Both the position numbers and the translations under genes were made by a program. Under the pieces are notes generated by a model. It worked only from the letters and a program-made list of their open reading frames with translations. It did no database searches and had not been told where the DNA came from. Shown here one piece after another: positions 29,734-40,784 of a stretch of 64,000 nt of DNA. Within the stretch, counting starts at the first letter, position 1. Each line of letters begins with the position of its first letter. Source of the DNA: Planctomycetales bacterium (GTDB taxonomy: Bacteria > 4484-113); NCBI GenBank assembly GCA_037441675.1, contig JBBIRS010000004.1:112058-176057 (forward strand), given 5' to 3'.

Positions 29734-30915
29734 TCATATTTCCGGCGGAACTGAATAGGCGTAATCACGAAAAGAATTAGCTACGCGTATCAGGCTTTCA
29801 GGTGTTGTAGGCAATTGTTCATCTCTAAAAATATCGCCAAACAACACGTAGCGTCTAGCAAAAATCATCGGAAGAAGTGTATGTAGTTGAAAGAAACTAA
29901 TTTCGCGTTCAAGAAATCTTTTAACCAATGCCTCATTTATGGCACAGAGTGCGCAAGGCTCCCACCAAGAACCGCGACCAGCTTCGTAACAAAGCTTGAC
30001 CGCGGGAAACCGTTCACAATCTAGCTTGAAAAATTCAAGCTTTCCAATTTCAGTAAGTTCCGCAGAGTCAATTAATCCATCGATTCGCTCAGGTGCAGTT
30101 AGCGCATACTGAATTGGAACTGCCATATCAGTTTTAGAAAGCTGAGCAATGGTACTCCCGTCGATGAAACTAACTAGCCCATGTATAACACTTTGTGGCT
30201 GTATTATTACCTCAATCTTCTCAAGAGGAATGGAAAAGAGGTAATGCGCTTCTAAAACTTCAAGGCCCTTGTTAAAGAGAGTAGCGGAATTAATAGTTAC
30301 AGTAGCTCCCATTTGCCAGGTTGGATGTTTAAGAGCTTCCTCGTGTGTTAGTGACTTTAACTCATCAACGCTCTTATTGAAGAATGGCCCTCCAGATGCA
30401 GTAAGAATAATCTTCTCCACCGTTTTACGCTTACCTGCTAATAAACATTGATAAATAGCGGAATGTTCACTGTCAATTGGCATTACGCGAATGTTTTTTT
30501 CCGAGATAATCGGCATAAGTATAGAGCTTCCAGAAACAAAGGCTTCCTTGTTGGCAAAAAGAATTTCCTTTCCCCTGAGAACTGATTGATACATTGAAGG
30601 AAAACCTGAAATCCCATCAAGAGCACATACCACCGCATCAATTTCATCTATCTGAACCACCGTCGTGAGAGCCTCTTCGCCCATCAGAAGCTTTATACCC
30701 AGTTTTGCAAACTCGGGCGCAAACTCAATGGCTATCTTCTCGTTAGTTAAAACGCAATACTTTGGCTTGAACTCACTCGCCTGCTCTAGTAAAAGCTTGC
30801 CGTTACTCCTCGCGGTCATTGCTATGACCGTAAACCTTTCCCTATGCCTTCCTACAACGCGCAGAAAATTCCGACCAATGCTACCGGTAGAGCCTAATAT
30901 ACAAAGCCTTTTCAT
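29734..30915 (-). CDS. dxr: 1-deoxy-D-xylulose 5-phosphate reductoisomerase
   Basis: LGSTGSIG, ANKE, PIDSEHSA, TASGGPF, HPTWQMG and NKGLE motifs. Confidence 0.96.
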   Translation of the reverse strand: MKRLCILGSTGSIGRNFLRVVGRHRERFTVIAMTARSNGKLLLEQASEFKPKYCVLTNEKIAIEFAPEFAKLGIKLLMGEEALTTVVQIDEIDAVVCALDGISGFPSMYQSVLRGKEILFANKEAFVSGSSILMPIISEKNIRVMPIDSEHSAIYQCLLAGKRKTVEKIILTASGGPFFNKSVDELKSLTHEEALKHPTWQMGATVTINSATLFNKGLEVLEAHYLFSIPLEKIEVIIQPQSVIHGLVSFIDGSTIAQLSKTDMAVPIQYALTAPERIDGLIDSAELTEIGKLEFFKLDCERFPAVKLCYEAGRGSWWEPCALCAINEALVKRFLEREISFFQLHTLLPMIFARRYVLFGDIFRDEQLPTTPESLIRVANSFRDYAYSVPPEI

Positions 30916-30956
30916 ACAATTTTGAGTGGCTAATTCGTTATAGTTGATTAAGCCTC

Positions 30957-31799
30957 TCAGTAATTATAAAAACCCCTGCCACTCTTTCTGCCGAGAAGCC
31001 CCGCATGAACGTAACGCTTCAGTAGTTGTGGCGGTCGAAACTTCTCATGCCCAAGCTCAGTGTAAATACTCTCGCAAGCGTGGAGGAAAACATCCAACCC
31101 AACCAGATCCATTAGCCTAAATGGCCCCATAGGCCATCCTGCACCAAGTTTCATAGCCTCATCTACTTCCTGGACATTCGCTATTCCCTCTTCCACAACT
31201 TTCATCGCTTCTACCGCCATCGCCACAAGAACACGATTGACTACAAAGCCCGGTGTTTCCTTGACTAGGATGGGTGTTTTATCAAGCCTAGTCACAAATT
31301 CTTGGCAGGTTTTAACCACCTCTTCGCTCGTTAGTAATGCAGGCGCAATCTCCACAAGTTTCATTTGACTGGGTGGATTGAAGAAATGCAGTCCAATAAA
31401 GTTCTCCTGCCTCCCAAATGCTCTGGCAAGTCGTGTTAGGCTTAGACTGCTCGTATTTGTTGCAACAATGGCATCATCCTTTATCTCTTTTCCCAAGCGG
31501 GAGAAAAATTCTTCCTTCACACTGTAACTCTCAAGAATTGCCTCAATCACAATATCGGAATCTAATATGACAGATAAATCAATAGCAACATTGATCCTAT
31601 CTAAGATGCACTTTCTTTCCTCATCATCAATATCCTTCCGCAACAACCTCAAGAGCTTTTCCATTTTTCTCTTACCTTCTTCAATTGCTGGCTCATACAC
31701 CTCATAAACGCCGACCTTAAAACCACTCAAAGCGCAGATAAGTGCAATTTCTCTACCCATAGTTCCAAAGCCAGCTATGCCAACCTTTTCGATATTCAT
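30957..31799 (-). CDS. hbd: 3-hydroxyacyl-CoA (3-hydroxybutyryl-CoA) dehydrogenase
   Basis: GFGTMG, NTSSL, GLHFFNP, PGFVVNR, PMGPF..DLVGLD and LGRKSGRGFY motifs. Confidence 0.88.
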   Translation of the reverse strand: MNIEKVGIAGFGTMGREIALICALSGFKVGVYEVYEPAIEEGKRKMEKLLRLLRKDIDDEERKCILDRINVAIDLSVILDSDIVIEAILESYSVKEEFFSRLGKEIKDDAIVATNTSSLSLTRLARAFGRQENFIGLHFFNPPSQMKLVEIAPALLTSEEVVKTCQEFVTRLDKTPILVKETPGFVVNRVLVAMAVEAMKVVEEGIANVQEVDEAMKLGAGWPMGPFRLMDLVGLDVFLHACESIYTELGHEKFRPPQLLKRYVHAGLLGRKSGRGFYNY

Positions 31800-31987
31800 T
31801 CTTTGACCTCCTTGAAAATGTAAAGGTTAAACATACGCCTTATGACGCCAAAAATCAACTCATTTGATTTTATGATGACAAAATACCAATGCTAAAAGGG
31901 TATAAGCTTAAAATTGCGGTAAATTAATATTTAGAATTAAATAATTCAATGAAAAAGTATTGGAAACTAATGTTATAATCCAAATAG

Positions 31988-32863
31988 GTGCGAGAGTTTC
32001 CACAAAAAGTAATCCTTATTACAGGAATGAGCGGAGCTGGCAAGACGACCGCTCTCAGATGCTTTGAAGACCTTGGTTATTTCTGCGTTGATAACGTTCC
32101 ACCCCAACTTATTGAAACGTTTCTCCACCTGCTATCCGAAATGAAGGGAAGACCCGAGGGGGTTGTATTTGTCTGCGACGTGAGAAGTGGTGCGTTGTTT
32201 GATAGCTTAGAATACGTTTGGGAAACCTTGAGGGAAAAGGCTCAGTCAGCTTCCCTCATATTTTTGGATGCAAGCGACTCAAAACTGATACAACGATTCA
32301 GCGAACTAAGAAGACAGCATCCGTTATCAATGGCTAGGATTTCAAATGAAGAAGCTATAAAAGAGGAAAGAAAGAGACTTGAAGCTCTAAAAGAAATTGC
32401 AACGAAAGTCATTGACACCACAGAACTTACCTCCAGTAAGCTTATAGAAACTTTGAGAAGCCTGTTCATTTCTCCTGATGCTCACTTTACCCCAACCGTA
32501 ACTATAATGAGTTTTGGTTACAAGTATGGCGTACCAGCTGATGCAGACTTCGTCTTTGATACCCGCTTCCTGCCCAATCCCTACTACGTTGATGAGCTCA
32601 AAGGTTTAACTGGAATATCTGGGGAGGTTAGAAACTTTGTTTTATCTGGTGATTCCGCAGAATGGTTTGGGGATAGGATAGTAGAAATTGTAGAAAGAAC
32701 TCTTCCAGGTTTTGAAGGCATTCAAAAGCTGAATGTGCAAATATCTATAGGTTGTACAGGTGGGAAGCACAGAAGTGTAGCGCTAGCGGAATGGTTAAAG
32801 GAAGCCCTTGAAAGACAGGGAAGGCGTGTGAGAGTAATCCATCGGGATATTGATAGACCCTGA
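31988..32863 (+). CDS. rapZ: RNase adapter RapZ/YvcJ family P-loop protein
   Basis: TGMSGAGKT, CVDN, RRQHPL, SFGYKYG, RFLPNP, GCTGGKHRSV and HRD motifs. Confidence 0.95.
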   Translation: MREFPQKVILITGMSGAGKTTALRCFEDLGYFCVDNVPPQLIETFLHLLSEMKGRPEGVVFVCDVRSGALFDSLEYVWETLREKAQSASLIFLDASDSKLIQRFSELRRQHPLSMARISNEEAIKEERKRLEALKEIATKVIDTTELTSSKLIETLRSLFISPDAHFTPTVTIMSFGYKYGVPADADFVFDTRFLPNPYYVDELKGLTGISGEVRNFVLSGDSAEWFGDRIVEIVERTLPGFEGIQKLNVQISIGCTGGKHRSVALAEWLKEALERQGRRVRVIHRDIDRP

Positions 32864-33137
32864 ACTTCTAACTTTCTCGGTGCTCTTTTAGGATTAAGAT
32901 ATTGAGTTATTACCTTTTGATATTACCTTTATCGATTTCCGAAGCTAAGGTTAATAGTAGTTATTAGAATTTAATGGTATACTTTCACTATCATATAAGT
33001 GGGGTCCATCTGATAGAATTCCACAAAAGTTGTAAGAAAAACATACTAACAGTGTTTGGAAACTCGTAAACTTTTACACTGAAAGGAAATAGCAGAAAGT
33101 ATTTAGAAATTTCCAACAGGAAGAAGTGATATTTACA

Positions 33138-34193
33138 ATGGTTGACATAAAAAAAGGCTTATTTCTTAGAGCGCTGAATGGTGAAAAGGTTGAGAGAATA
33201 CCAGTCTGGATTATGCGACAGGCGAGTAGATACCTGCCAGAACATATAGAATTAAGGGAGAGGGAAGGCTTTGAGAAGGCCATAAAGACGCCTGAACTTA
33301 TTGCCGAATTAAGCTTACAGCCTATAAGGCGTTTCTCCCCTGATGCAGCAATAGTCTATTCCGACATCCTAATGCCCTGCGAAGCAATGGGAATGAAGGT
33401 AAGCTTTGATGAATCAGGTCCACACTTTACTAACCCAGTCCGAACCACAGAACAAATTAGCGCCTTGCACGAGCCTTACAGCGATGAAGAGCTTCCCTAT
33501 GTTTTAGATGCGATTAAAGTATTGAAGGAAGAGTTAAATGAGCTAAAAATTCCACTTATCGGCTTTGTAGGAGGACCCTTTACAGTAACTGCATATCTGA
33601 TTGAAGGAAAACCTTCCAGGAGTTTAGGCAATGTTAAAGCTATGATGCACCAAGCTCCTGATATGTTCCATCGTTTGGCTAGGCTGGTTACTTCCACATT
33701 GGCTAATCATCTTCAAGCCCAAATTCGTGCGGGTTGTGACGTGGTTCAAATCTTTGACACATGGACTGGCTTTCTCTCCACCGCTGACTTCCGTGAATTC
33801 TCATTTCCATACATTCAGGAATTACTCTCATCTGTGGAAAATACTGTTCCAAGGATTTACTTCACCGTTGATTGTATTTTCTTCCTGCCAGAGCTATCTG
33901 CAATTGGCGCAGACGCAATATCCGTTGACTGGAGAACTGATCTTGCCTTTGCTAGAGAACATATCCCGGAGGATATTGGAATACAGGGCAACTTAGACCC
34001 TACTATTCTCTTAGCTGATAAAGAACTTATCAAAGGAAGAGTGCTTAACACATTGCAGATTATGGATGGAAGACCTCGTTACATCTTCAACTTAGGACAC
34101 GGCGTCCTGCCTCAAACCGATCCTGAAGCTATAAATGTCCTCGTAGAAGAAGTCAGAAAATTTAAGCCCACATGGACTGAATATATTTCCTAA
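33138..34193 (+). CDS. hemE: Uroporphyrinogen decarboxylase
   Basis: PVWIMRQASRY, SDIL, QIFD, QGNLDP and FNLGHG motifs; ATG at 33138 preferred over GTG at 33126. Confidence 0.94.
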   Translation: MVDIKKGLFLRALNGEKVERIPVWIMRQASRYLPEHIELREREGFEKAIKTPELIAELSLQPIRRFSPDAAIVYSDILMPCEAMGMKVSFDESGPHFTNPVRTTEQISALHEPYSDEELPYVLDAIKVLKEELNELKIPLIGFVGGPFTVTAYLIEGKPSRSLGNVKAMMHQAPDMFHRLARLVTSTLANHLQAQIRAGCDVVQIFDTWTGFLSTADFREFSFPYIQELLSSVENTVPRIYFTVDCIFFLPELSAIGADAISVDWRTDLAFAREHIPEDIGIQGNLDPTILLADKELIKGRVLNTLQIMDGRPRYIFNLGHGVLPQTDPEAINVLVEEVRKFKPTWTEYIS

Positions 34194-34476
34194 ATCCATA
34201 TCAGGTTTGAGCTTAAACTTTGATACAGTAATCTGCGATGTTTCCGCTTTATATTTCTCAAACTCAATCCCCCGAGGTTGGATTTCTCACACGATTTAAT
34301 CTCATCTAAGAAATATTCAGAAAATAGAATTACCACACGAGCACTATTTAGTCCTAATATGAGAGAAATGCAAGAGTAAGAGGGTAATGAAAGCAACGTG
34401 TAAGTTTTCAATAGCAGAAAATGACTTTTCAAGTAATACTTTATGAAGGCTCTAAATTCCGGTTACGCCTGATAAC

Positions 34477-35436
34477 CTATTCGCCTAAACTCTTCTGATA
34501 ATCATTTACACGCCAGATACCCTCAGCAATAACAGTATCCTTCTTCCTCCCATATATTCTGAAGTAAAAGAATTTGCTCTTATTCATCAAATTCTTCACC
34601 GCTTCCTCAATTACCAGATTTAGTTCGGAAAGTTGAGTTTCACGAACAGCGCCCATCTCCTCCGTTATTGGCTCTTCTGAAGTGCTAATGCCCATCACTC
34701 CTCTTAGTTTCATCTCAGCGCGCCTCCTAATAGTCCTATTAACTGCGGATTCGATGAGTTTTAACTCCGCCTCGTCCGTTATCTGAAAGATATAGCCATT
34801 CCCGGGGCTAAATTCTTTATGCCAGCTTTCAAAGAATCTGCCGGTAACTGGACTGGCGAAACGTGGAAACCACTCTTCTTTAAGGATTCTTTCGAATACT
34901 GTTTTATCCTGCCTTGCCCGCTTGAAAAGAGCTGACAGCTCATTTTGGTCACGGCTATGCCAAAGCTTCGGGGTGTCATCCCATCCTTTTATCTCCCTAA
35001 GCCCAGCAACGTTCATTCTGGCAATTAAAGCCTGCCAAGAGGTAAGGTCATGGGAATCAGTAAAAGTCCATTCCATTCTCAGTAGTAGCTTCTCTTCACG
35101 GGATAGTTGAGAATAATGACTAATTTTTCCCCACAACTTTTCCCCCTGAAAGGTTTTCGCTATATCCTCTATCACAGGGTAATCACCATTCTGCCAAATC
35201 GCGATAGCCTCATCTGAAGCCCGCTTGCGAGAAGATTCTTCATAAGTTAATAGTGCGGATAATCCTGATTCAGTTAGGGAAAGTTTGGGTAGCATTTCTG
35301 CTAGTGTGGCAAGTGTCTCAGATTTTAGACGAGCATCTCTTTGTTGAGCAGGAAGATTAGATTTTCGTTCCGCTTTCGTCTGAACGCAGGAAGAAACTAT
35401 CAGCAGAACAACCAAGAACCCTCGCACAGAAAGCAT
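34477..35436 (-). CDS. Hypothetical lipoprotein
   Basis: Hydrophobic N-terminus with IVSSC lipobox; 319-aa ORF with a -10 box just upstream. Confidence 0.65.
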   Translation of the reverse strand: MLSVRGFLVVLLIVSSCVQTKAERKSNLPAQQRDARLKSETLATLAEMLPKLSLTESGLSALLTYEESSRKRASDEAIAIWQNGDYPVIEDIAKTFQGEKLWGKISHYSQLSREEKLLLRMEWTFTDSHDLTSWQALIARMNVAGLREIKGWDDTPKLWHSRDQNELSALFKRARQDKTVFERILKEEWFPRFASPVTGRFFESWHKEFSPGNGYIFQITDEAELKLIESAVNRTIRRRAEMKLRGVMGISTSEEPITEEMGAVRETQLSELNLVIEEAVKNLMNKSKFFYFRIYGRKKDTVIAEGIWRVNDYQKSLGE

Positions 35437-35543
35437 ATCAAGATTTTAGCAGTCGTAAATTTTCGAATGATGGCTCCAGCCTAATCCCCCAATCTCTTAT
35501 GGTATGCTGGCAGTTATAGTTAGATGTGTGTAAAACATGCGTA

Positions 35544-36935
35544 TTACCCTGCTTCAATTTCAGTAGCAGGGAGAATTAGTTGACCCTCCTCTCCCCTTTC
35601 CCGCCCAACAACTTCGCTCTCTTTCTCTTTTTGTGGGAAGTCAACGATAGGACCCTCGGCAAAGGCTCTCTTAATATCCTTTGTATCAATGGTGATTACC
35701 TCGCCACTTCCACGTTTGGATGGAAGGGAATACATTAAATCGAGTAGCAATTTCTCCGTAATACTTCTAAGACCTCTAGCACCGGTTCCACGTTTTTTTG
35801 CCATCCTCGCTATTTCCTTAAGCGCACCTTTGGTGAATCGTAACTCAACTCCATCTTGCTTGAAAAGGTACTGATACTGTTTTATCAAGGCGGTAGCGGG
35901 CTTATAAAGAATCTCAACTAAAGCGTTCTCGTCTAGCTCGTCTAGAACAGCCACAACAGGAAGTCTTCCAACCAGTTCAGGAATGAGACCATACTTGATA
36001 AGGTCCTCAGGCTCCACGTGGCGCAGTATTTCATACTTACTTTTCTCTGCACTCACCAATGCAGTTTCACCAACTGGCATCTGTCCACTAGCTCTAAATC
36101 CAATACCGCGCTTGCCTAACCTTCTTTCCACAATGCTTTCTAGCTTGTCAAATGTACCACCGCAAATGAAAAGGATGTTATTGGTGCAGATTTGAATAAA
36201 GTCATCCTGGGGATGTTTTCTTCCGCCATGGGGGGGGACATTCGCGATTGTTCCTTCAAGAATTTTTAAGAGAGCTTGCTGGACACCCTCGCCGGACACA
36301 TCCCGCGTTATGCTGGGGTTCTCGCTTTTCCTAGCAATCTTGTCTATCTCATCAATATAGATGATGCCTCGCTCTGTTCTCGCAAGGACTTCCGCAGGAG
36401 AAGCATTAGGAGCTTGCGCCTGAGCAACTTGATAAAGCCTAAGAAGTATGTTCTCCACATCTTCACCCACGTAACCAGCCTCAGTCAAAGTTGTTGCATC
36501 CGCAATCGCAAAGGGAACATCTAGGATGTTGGCAATTTTCTGAGCCAACAATGTCTTCCCAACCCCAGTAGGACCAATTAAGAGAACGTTGCTCTTTTGA
36601 ATTTCAACATCTGGCTCAGTGACCGCAGCTATGCGTTTGTAATGGTTGTAAACCGCAACCGCGAGAACCTTCTTGGCATAGTCCTGACTGATTACGTAGC
36701 GCTCTAGATAATCAACGATGTCTTTAGGTGTTGGAACCTGCCCCACGGGCAATCTAGAACGTGCTTGAAACTTAGGTCCATCCAGTAGCTCCTTGCAGAT
36801 GTTAACGCAATCCTCGCAGATGAAGATGCCAGGACCCTTTATCATTCTAACGTTGCTTCTAGCTTGCTCTTCGCCGCAGAAGCCACAGCGGGGCGAGCCC
36901 GCATACTTACCACTTTCTTCCCCGGATGATGGCAT
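35544..36935 (-). CDS. clpX: ATP-dependent Clp protease ATP-binding subunit ClpX
   Basis: CGFC/CEDC zinc finger, [36 protein letters not shown] and the IGF loop. Confidence 0.97.
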   Translation of the reverse strand: MPSSGEESGKYAGSPRCGFCGEEQARSNVRMIKGPGIFICEDCVNICKELLDGPKFQARSRLPVGQVPTPKDIVDYLERYVISQDYAKKVLAVAVYNHYKRIAAVTEPDVEIQKSNVLLIGPTGVGKTLLAQKIANILDVPFAIADATTLTEAGYVGEDVENILLRLYQVAQAQAPNASPAEVLARTERGIIYIDEIDKIARKSENPSITRDVSGEGVQQALLKILEGTIANVPPHGGRKHPQDDFIQICTNNILFICGGTFDKLESIVERRLGKRGIGFRASGQMPVGETALVSAEKSKYEILRHVEPEDLIKYGLIPELVGRLPVVAVLDELDENALVEILYKPATALIKQYQYLFKQDGVELRFTKGALKEIARMAKKRGTGARGLRSITEKLLLDLMYSLPSKRGSGEVITIDTKDIKRAFAEGPIVDFPQKEKESEVVGRERGEEGQLILPATEIEAG

Positions 36936-36989
36936 AAATTTATTATACCAGAGAACGAAGAAACGGGTAAAAACCCCAAAAATGGCAGA

Positions 36990-38975
36990 TCACACTAAAT
37001 CTACTTCTCGTGCTTCCGGGAAAACGGATTTAACTTCAGCGACTGTTTTCTCGGCTAACTCAATCTCTTTACCTGCGTCTTCAACCTCTACCACAACCTC
37101 TTTGACTTCTCCAAAGTGTTTCTTCGCAAAATGCGAAATAATTCGCATATTGCTTGCCTCAGAAGCCAACTGAACGAAGTAACGAAAATGGTATGGATAG
37201 CGAAGAACAAGCTTTTCCCCTCTGAGGAACGGGATTGGCGCATCAAAGACAATGCAGAAAGTCGTTATGCTCTCCTTTCGCACATCAGCAAGAAACATAC
37301 GCCAACGCTCATCATTGGCAATTGAATCAGGAAAATCAGTTGTTGAATGGTCGCTAGATGGCTGGTAGCTTGCAGAACTTTGTGCCTCAGGTTTACTAGT
37401 AGTTTCTATTGTAAAGAGAGCTGAAGATTCAGTTTCTTCCTCCGCTAAAGATGCTTCGCTCGCAGATAAAGATTCCGCTTTAGGCTTTTTCCCACCAATT
37501 ATCGCTGAACCTGAAATGGATTCGGCCGCTATTTTTAATTTTTCAGGAAGTTCAAATAGTTTCCCAGTCTCATGCTCGGGAAGTTCCTCTGAAGGTTTCG
37601 TATGATTAAATTCAGGAAAAGGAGGTGAGCTGAGGTCATCCTCAGTTACATCAGTCCAATCGGTCTCTTCATTAGAAAGAAGCTCATCAGTGGCGGTCGG
37701 TTTGCTTTCAGATGATATCTCATTTCTAGACGTATCCACCAATGTTGATGGCTGAGCTTCAGCTATATTTAAGTTACTTGAAGAAGTTTTATCAATTGGA
37801 GACTTGATTGGAAGCGTCTCAGCAGAAGGAGCAGGAGCGTTTGCTGAATTAGCCCTAACCTTTTTAGATTTACCTTCAGAAGATTGAAAGGGCTCCAAAG
37901 TTGTCGCTTCAATTAAACTCAGAACTTTCACCAGGCGAAATAGTGTGATTCTAAGAAGCAAAGTTGGATTAGCCTCTCTTCTAAGGCGGTTGCTCGCCTC
38001 CCAGCATTCCGAAATGGCGGATATCAAAGCGGTATCAGAGACTTCAGGATAAGGTATGTTTCTGGACTGAGTCGCATTCCGTAAATTGGTGCGATTTAAC
38101 AAAAACTTCTCAAAAACATCCGCAAGCTCCAAGAGAACACGCTCAGGGTCACGCCCAGATAAGATTATTTCCTCGCTAGTTGCGGAAACTTCCTCGTTTC
38201 TTCCTAATATAAGACTGACCGCAAGGTCAATGACCCTCTGAGGATTAACCAAATGAAAGAGTTCGTCTAGCTTTTCCTTTGTGACTACTCCGTCAGAATA
38301 AACAATTGCCTGCTCCAGAAGGCTGATAGCGTCTCTCACGCTTCCTTCGGAAAGTTTTGCGAGCTCCAGCGCTGATTCATCGGTGATACTAACATTCTCA
38401 TTTTTGCAGATCTCCTTGAGCCTATTCGAGATAAGCTGTAAAGGCAGTCGGTAGAAGTCAAACTTGAGCGTGCGCGAGAGAATAGTTAGAGGAAGTTTGT
38501 GTGGTAGCGTAGTACAGAGGATAAGTATAACGTGAGGTGGGGGTTCTTCCAGCGTTTTAAGAAGAGCGTTGAAAGCGGCATCCGTAATCATATGCGCCTC
38601 ATCAATAATGTAAACCTTGTAACGGAAGCGAAGTGGAGCGTAGTGAACCCGCTCTCGCAGGTCCCTTATATCATCAATTCCGCGGTTGGACGCCGCATCA
38701 ATTTCAATGAAATCAGGCGCGCGATTCTCCGCGATGGAAGTACAGACTTCGCAAACCCCGCAGGCATCGCCGTCCTTACCGTTTTCACAGTTGAGGGCTT
38801 TGGCGAAAATGCGAGCGGCGGATGTTTTACCAGTCCCACGAGGACCACCGAAAAGATAGGCGTGAGAGATCTTCTCCTGCCTGATGGAGTTTCTAAGAAG
38901 CTGAGTAACGTGCTTCTGCCCCACCACATCCGCGAATTTCTGCGGACGATACTTCCTGTATAATGTTTGGTACAT
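36990..38975 (-). CDS. dnaX: DNA polymerase III subunit gamma/tau
   Basis: LYRKYRP, GPRGTGKT, zinc-binding Cys, EIDAASN, IIDEAH and NALLKTLEEPP; start most likely MYQTLY (38975) rather than 38993. Confidence 0.96.
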   Translation of the reverse strand: MYQTLYRKYRPQKFADVVGQKHVTQLLRNSIRQEKISHAYLFGGPRGTGKTSAARIFAKALNCENGKDGDACGVCEVCTSIAENRAPDFIEIDAASNRGIDDIRDLRERVHYAPLRFRYKVYIIDEAHMITDAAFNALLKTLEEPPPHVILILCTTLPHKLPLTILSRTLKFDFYRLPLQLISNRLKEICKNENVSITDESALELAKLSEGSVRDAISLLEQAIVYSDGVVTKEKLDELFHLVNPQRVIDLAVSLILGRNEEVSATSEEIILSGRDPERVLLELADVFEKFLLNRTNLRNATQSRNIPYPEVSDTALISAISECWEASNRLRREANPTLLLRITLFRLVKVLSLIEATTLEPFQSSEGKSKKVRANSANAPAPSAETLPIKSPIDKTSSSNLNIAEAQPSTLVDTSRNEISSESKPTATDELLSNEETDWTDVTEDDLSSPPFPEFNHTKPSEELPEHETGKLFELPEKLKIAAESISGSAIIGGKKPKAESLSASEASLAEEETESSALFTIETTSKPEAQSSASYQPSSDHSTTDFPDSIANDERWRMFLADVRKESITTFCIVFDAPIPFLRGEKLVLRYPYHFRYFVQLASEASNMRIISHFAKKHFGEVKEVVVEVEDAGKEIELAEKTVAEVKSVFPEAREVDLV

Positions 38976-39465
38976 CGATTTGCTAACATTCATTATAACC
39001 TTTCGGAAAGTTACACAGTAAAAACCGATGTAACGAAAGCGTGATATTCATCTTTAGTAAAGATTATTTTCTACTATAGGACACTTGTTTGGTGGCGAAG
39101 TTTAGGTGAATCCCTTTTTGACGTTAGATAAGTCATACTGTATGATACTGTTCTCATACGAAACAAGTGGAGTCAGGAGGGAGATAATGACCCAGTACTG
39201 GTTAGTGAGAGCGTCTGGCGGACAATCTGCAGCGGAAGCCCGTATCGCTGAAAGAACAATTCGTTACCGAGTAATCTTTGCTTGAAAAACAGTTCAGCTC
39301 TGCCTATGATGTTTCCACTGTTGTTCACGCCTGAAGGAAACTTCGATGGCGTAAAATCCCTAGGAAGGAAGAAAATGAAGCGCGTCATTTGGCGTATCGT
39401 CGACACTCAAAAGTAGTAGTTCACCGAAGTTCTTCCTTCAACAACCACCTGGTTTACGTAGCGCA

Positions 39466-40710
39466 CTACTCAAGCATCGAGTAGAACCTCTGCTTAACTT
39501 CGCCTGCGTCTTCAATCTGTTCTCTCAGGGCGTGATACGCGCGGTAAAGGTATGGCTTAAGCTCGGGAGCGATTACCCTATCCTCAGCTAAAAATGCGTA
39601 GACAAACTTTTGCACGTGCATTGCGGTTGGCTCCGCATCCTGCGAACTAGCCCATAGAAGAGCTTCCCGTGTATCGGGAACTTGAATGGACAAGCCCGCA
39701 TCCTCAATCTCCTTGCCTACCCATCCCTCCTGCAAAAAATCCACCGCCTGAAGAATCGGATATAGCGGGAAAAGAGACATCCTCTCAATTGCCATCCGCA
39801 CCGCGTGAACATAGGTAAGTTTGTGGATGTTCACGATGAAATGGTCACCCCCTTGGTAAATCCACTCGCACGCGCATACAATGAGCGCATCCACTAAACT
39901 CTTAAGCGCGCATTCATTCCTTAGCGTATGATTTACCACACTTTCGAAATCATCTGAATTGAGAATCTTGTCCGCAAGTTTAACCGCTTCCTTGTAATCA
40001 AGCTGTCGCTTATGGGAATAAACTGTCTTATCCTCCAAATCAATCTCAGATATCCACTCTTCAACACGTTTTTTTTGCTCCGTGATAACCTCGCAGGAGG
40101 CATAGTGAACCACAGGGCGAAGAACTCCAAAGCCAATTTCAAACTTCAGCTTCTCCGCTGATTCAAAGAGATGGGTTGCCATTATTAGCTTATGCCCAAT
40201 GTTCTTATAATCCAAAGTGCAGGCAAGGAAGAGGTAATTAGCAAGAAAGTCATAGAATTTGGGGGGCTTGAGGATTAACTCCAGCGCACCATCAACTCTA
40301 GCAAGATCTTTCGTTTGAATGGCGCGAAGCATAATTTCGCCAAGAAACTCTGGCTCTTCCACCTGGAAAGCTAGGTATGGTTCAACTGGCTCATTCTCAA
40401 ATTTTTCCCAATCGTGGGCAAGGAGCACTCCAGCCTGCGCGAGAATCAGAAATGCCTCCTTTCGTGGCAATCGCTCCGCCAAACTTCCACAAGCGTTAAG
40501 TCCAAAAAGTGAATGGGGAACGTGATGCGTAAATTTTTCATAAGAATAGTTGCGGGCGCCGATCCGAAGCATAATACCGAAAAGCTCATTCGCACTAATC
40601 TCAGTATTCACTGTTTTTGCGATAATAGGAATTACACCTTCTTTATCCGAAGCGGAAATAGCCTTAAGAAGCTCCTCGTATATACGATTCTTAGTTTCCA
40701 TCGGCTGCAT
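39466..40710 (-). CDS. His-rich helical hypothetical protein, possibly questin-oxidase (DUF4243)-like
   Basis: HHVPHS, GHKLIMATH, IHKLTYVHAVR and MHVQKFVYA His motifs. Confidence 0.55.
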   Translation of the reverse strand: MQPMETKNRIYEELLKAISASDKEGVIPIIAKTVNTEISANELFGIMLRIGARNYSYEKFTHHVPHSLFGLNACGSLAERLPRKEAFLILAQAGVLLAHDWEKFENEPVEPYLAFQVEEPEFLGEIMLRAIQTKDLARVDGALELILKPPKFYDFLANYLFLACTLDYKNIGHKLIMATHLFESAEKLKFEIGFGVLRPVVHYASCEVITEQKKRVEEWISEIDLEDKTVYSHKRQLDYKEAVKLADKILNSDDFESVVNHTLRNECALKSLVDALIVCACEWIYQGGDHFIVNIHKLTYVHAVRMAIERMSLFPLYPILQAVDFLQEGWVGKEIEDAGLSIQVPDTREALLWASSQDAEPTAMHVQKFVYAFLAEDRVIAPELKPYLYRAYHALREQIEDAGEVKQRFYSMLE

Positions 40711-40784
40711 TTACAGCAGGCTATTTTAACAAAGAGGGAACTAGTAAAGAGTAAAGGGATTTAAGGTAAAATAGAATTACTAAG

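Noticed and set aside
37484..37494. Programmed -1 frameshift site in dnaX
   Set aside because: The sequence is GGG AAA AAG, not the canonical A AAA AAG heptamer, and I saw no clear stimulatory hairpin
38532..38989. Alternative-frame and antisense ORFs over dnaX, and similar short ORFs throughout the track
   Set aside because: They are shadows of well-supported genes, with no motifs or translation signals
38994..39465. SRP RNA (ffs) upstream of dnaX, as in many bacteria
   Set aside because: The conserved SRP helix-8 motif was not found on either strand
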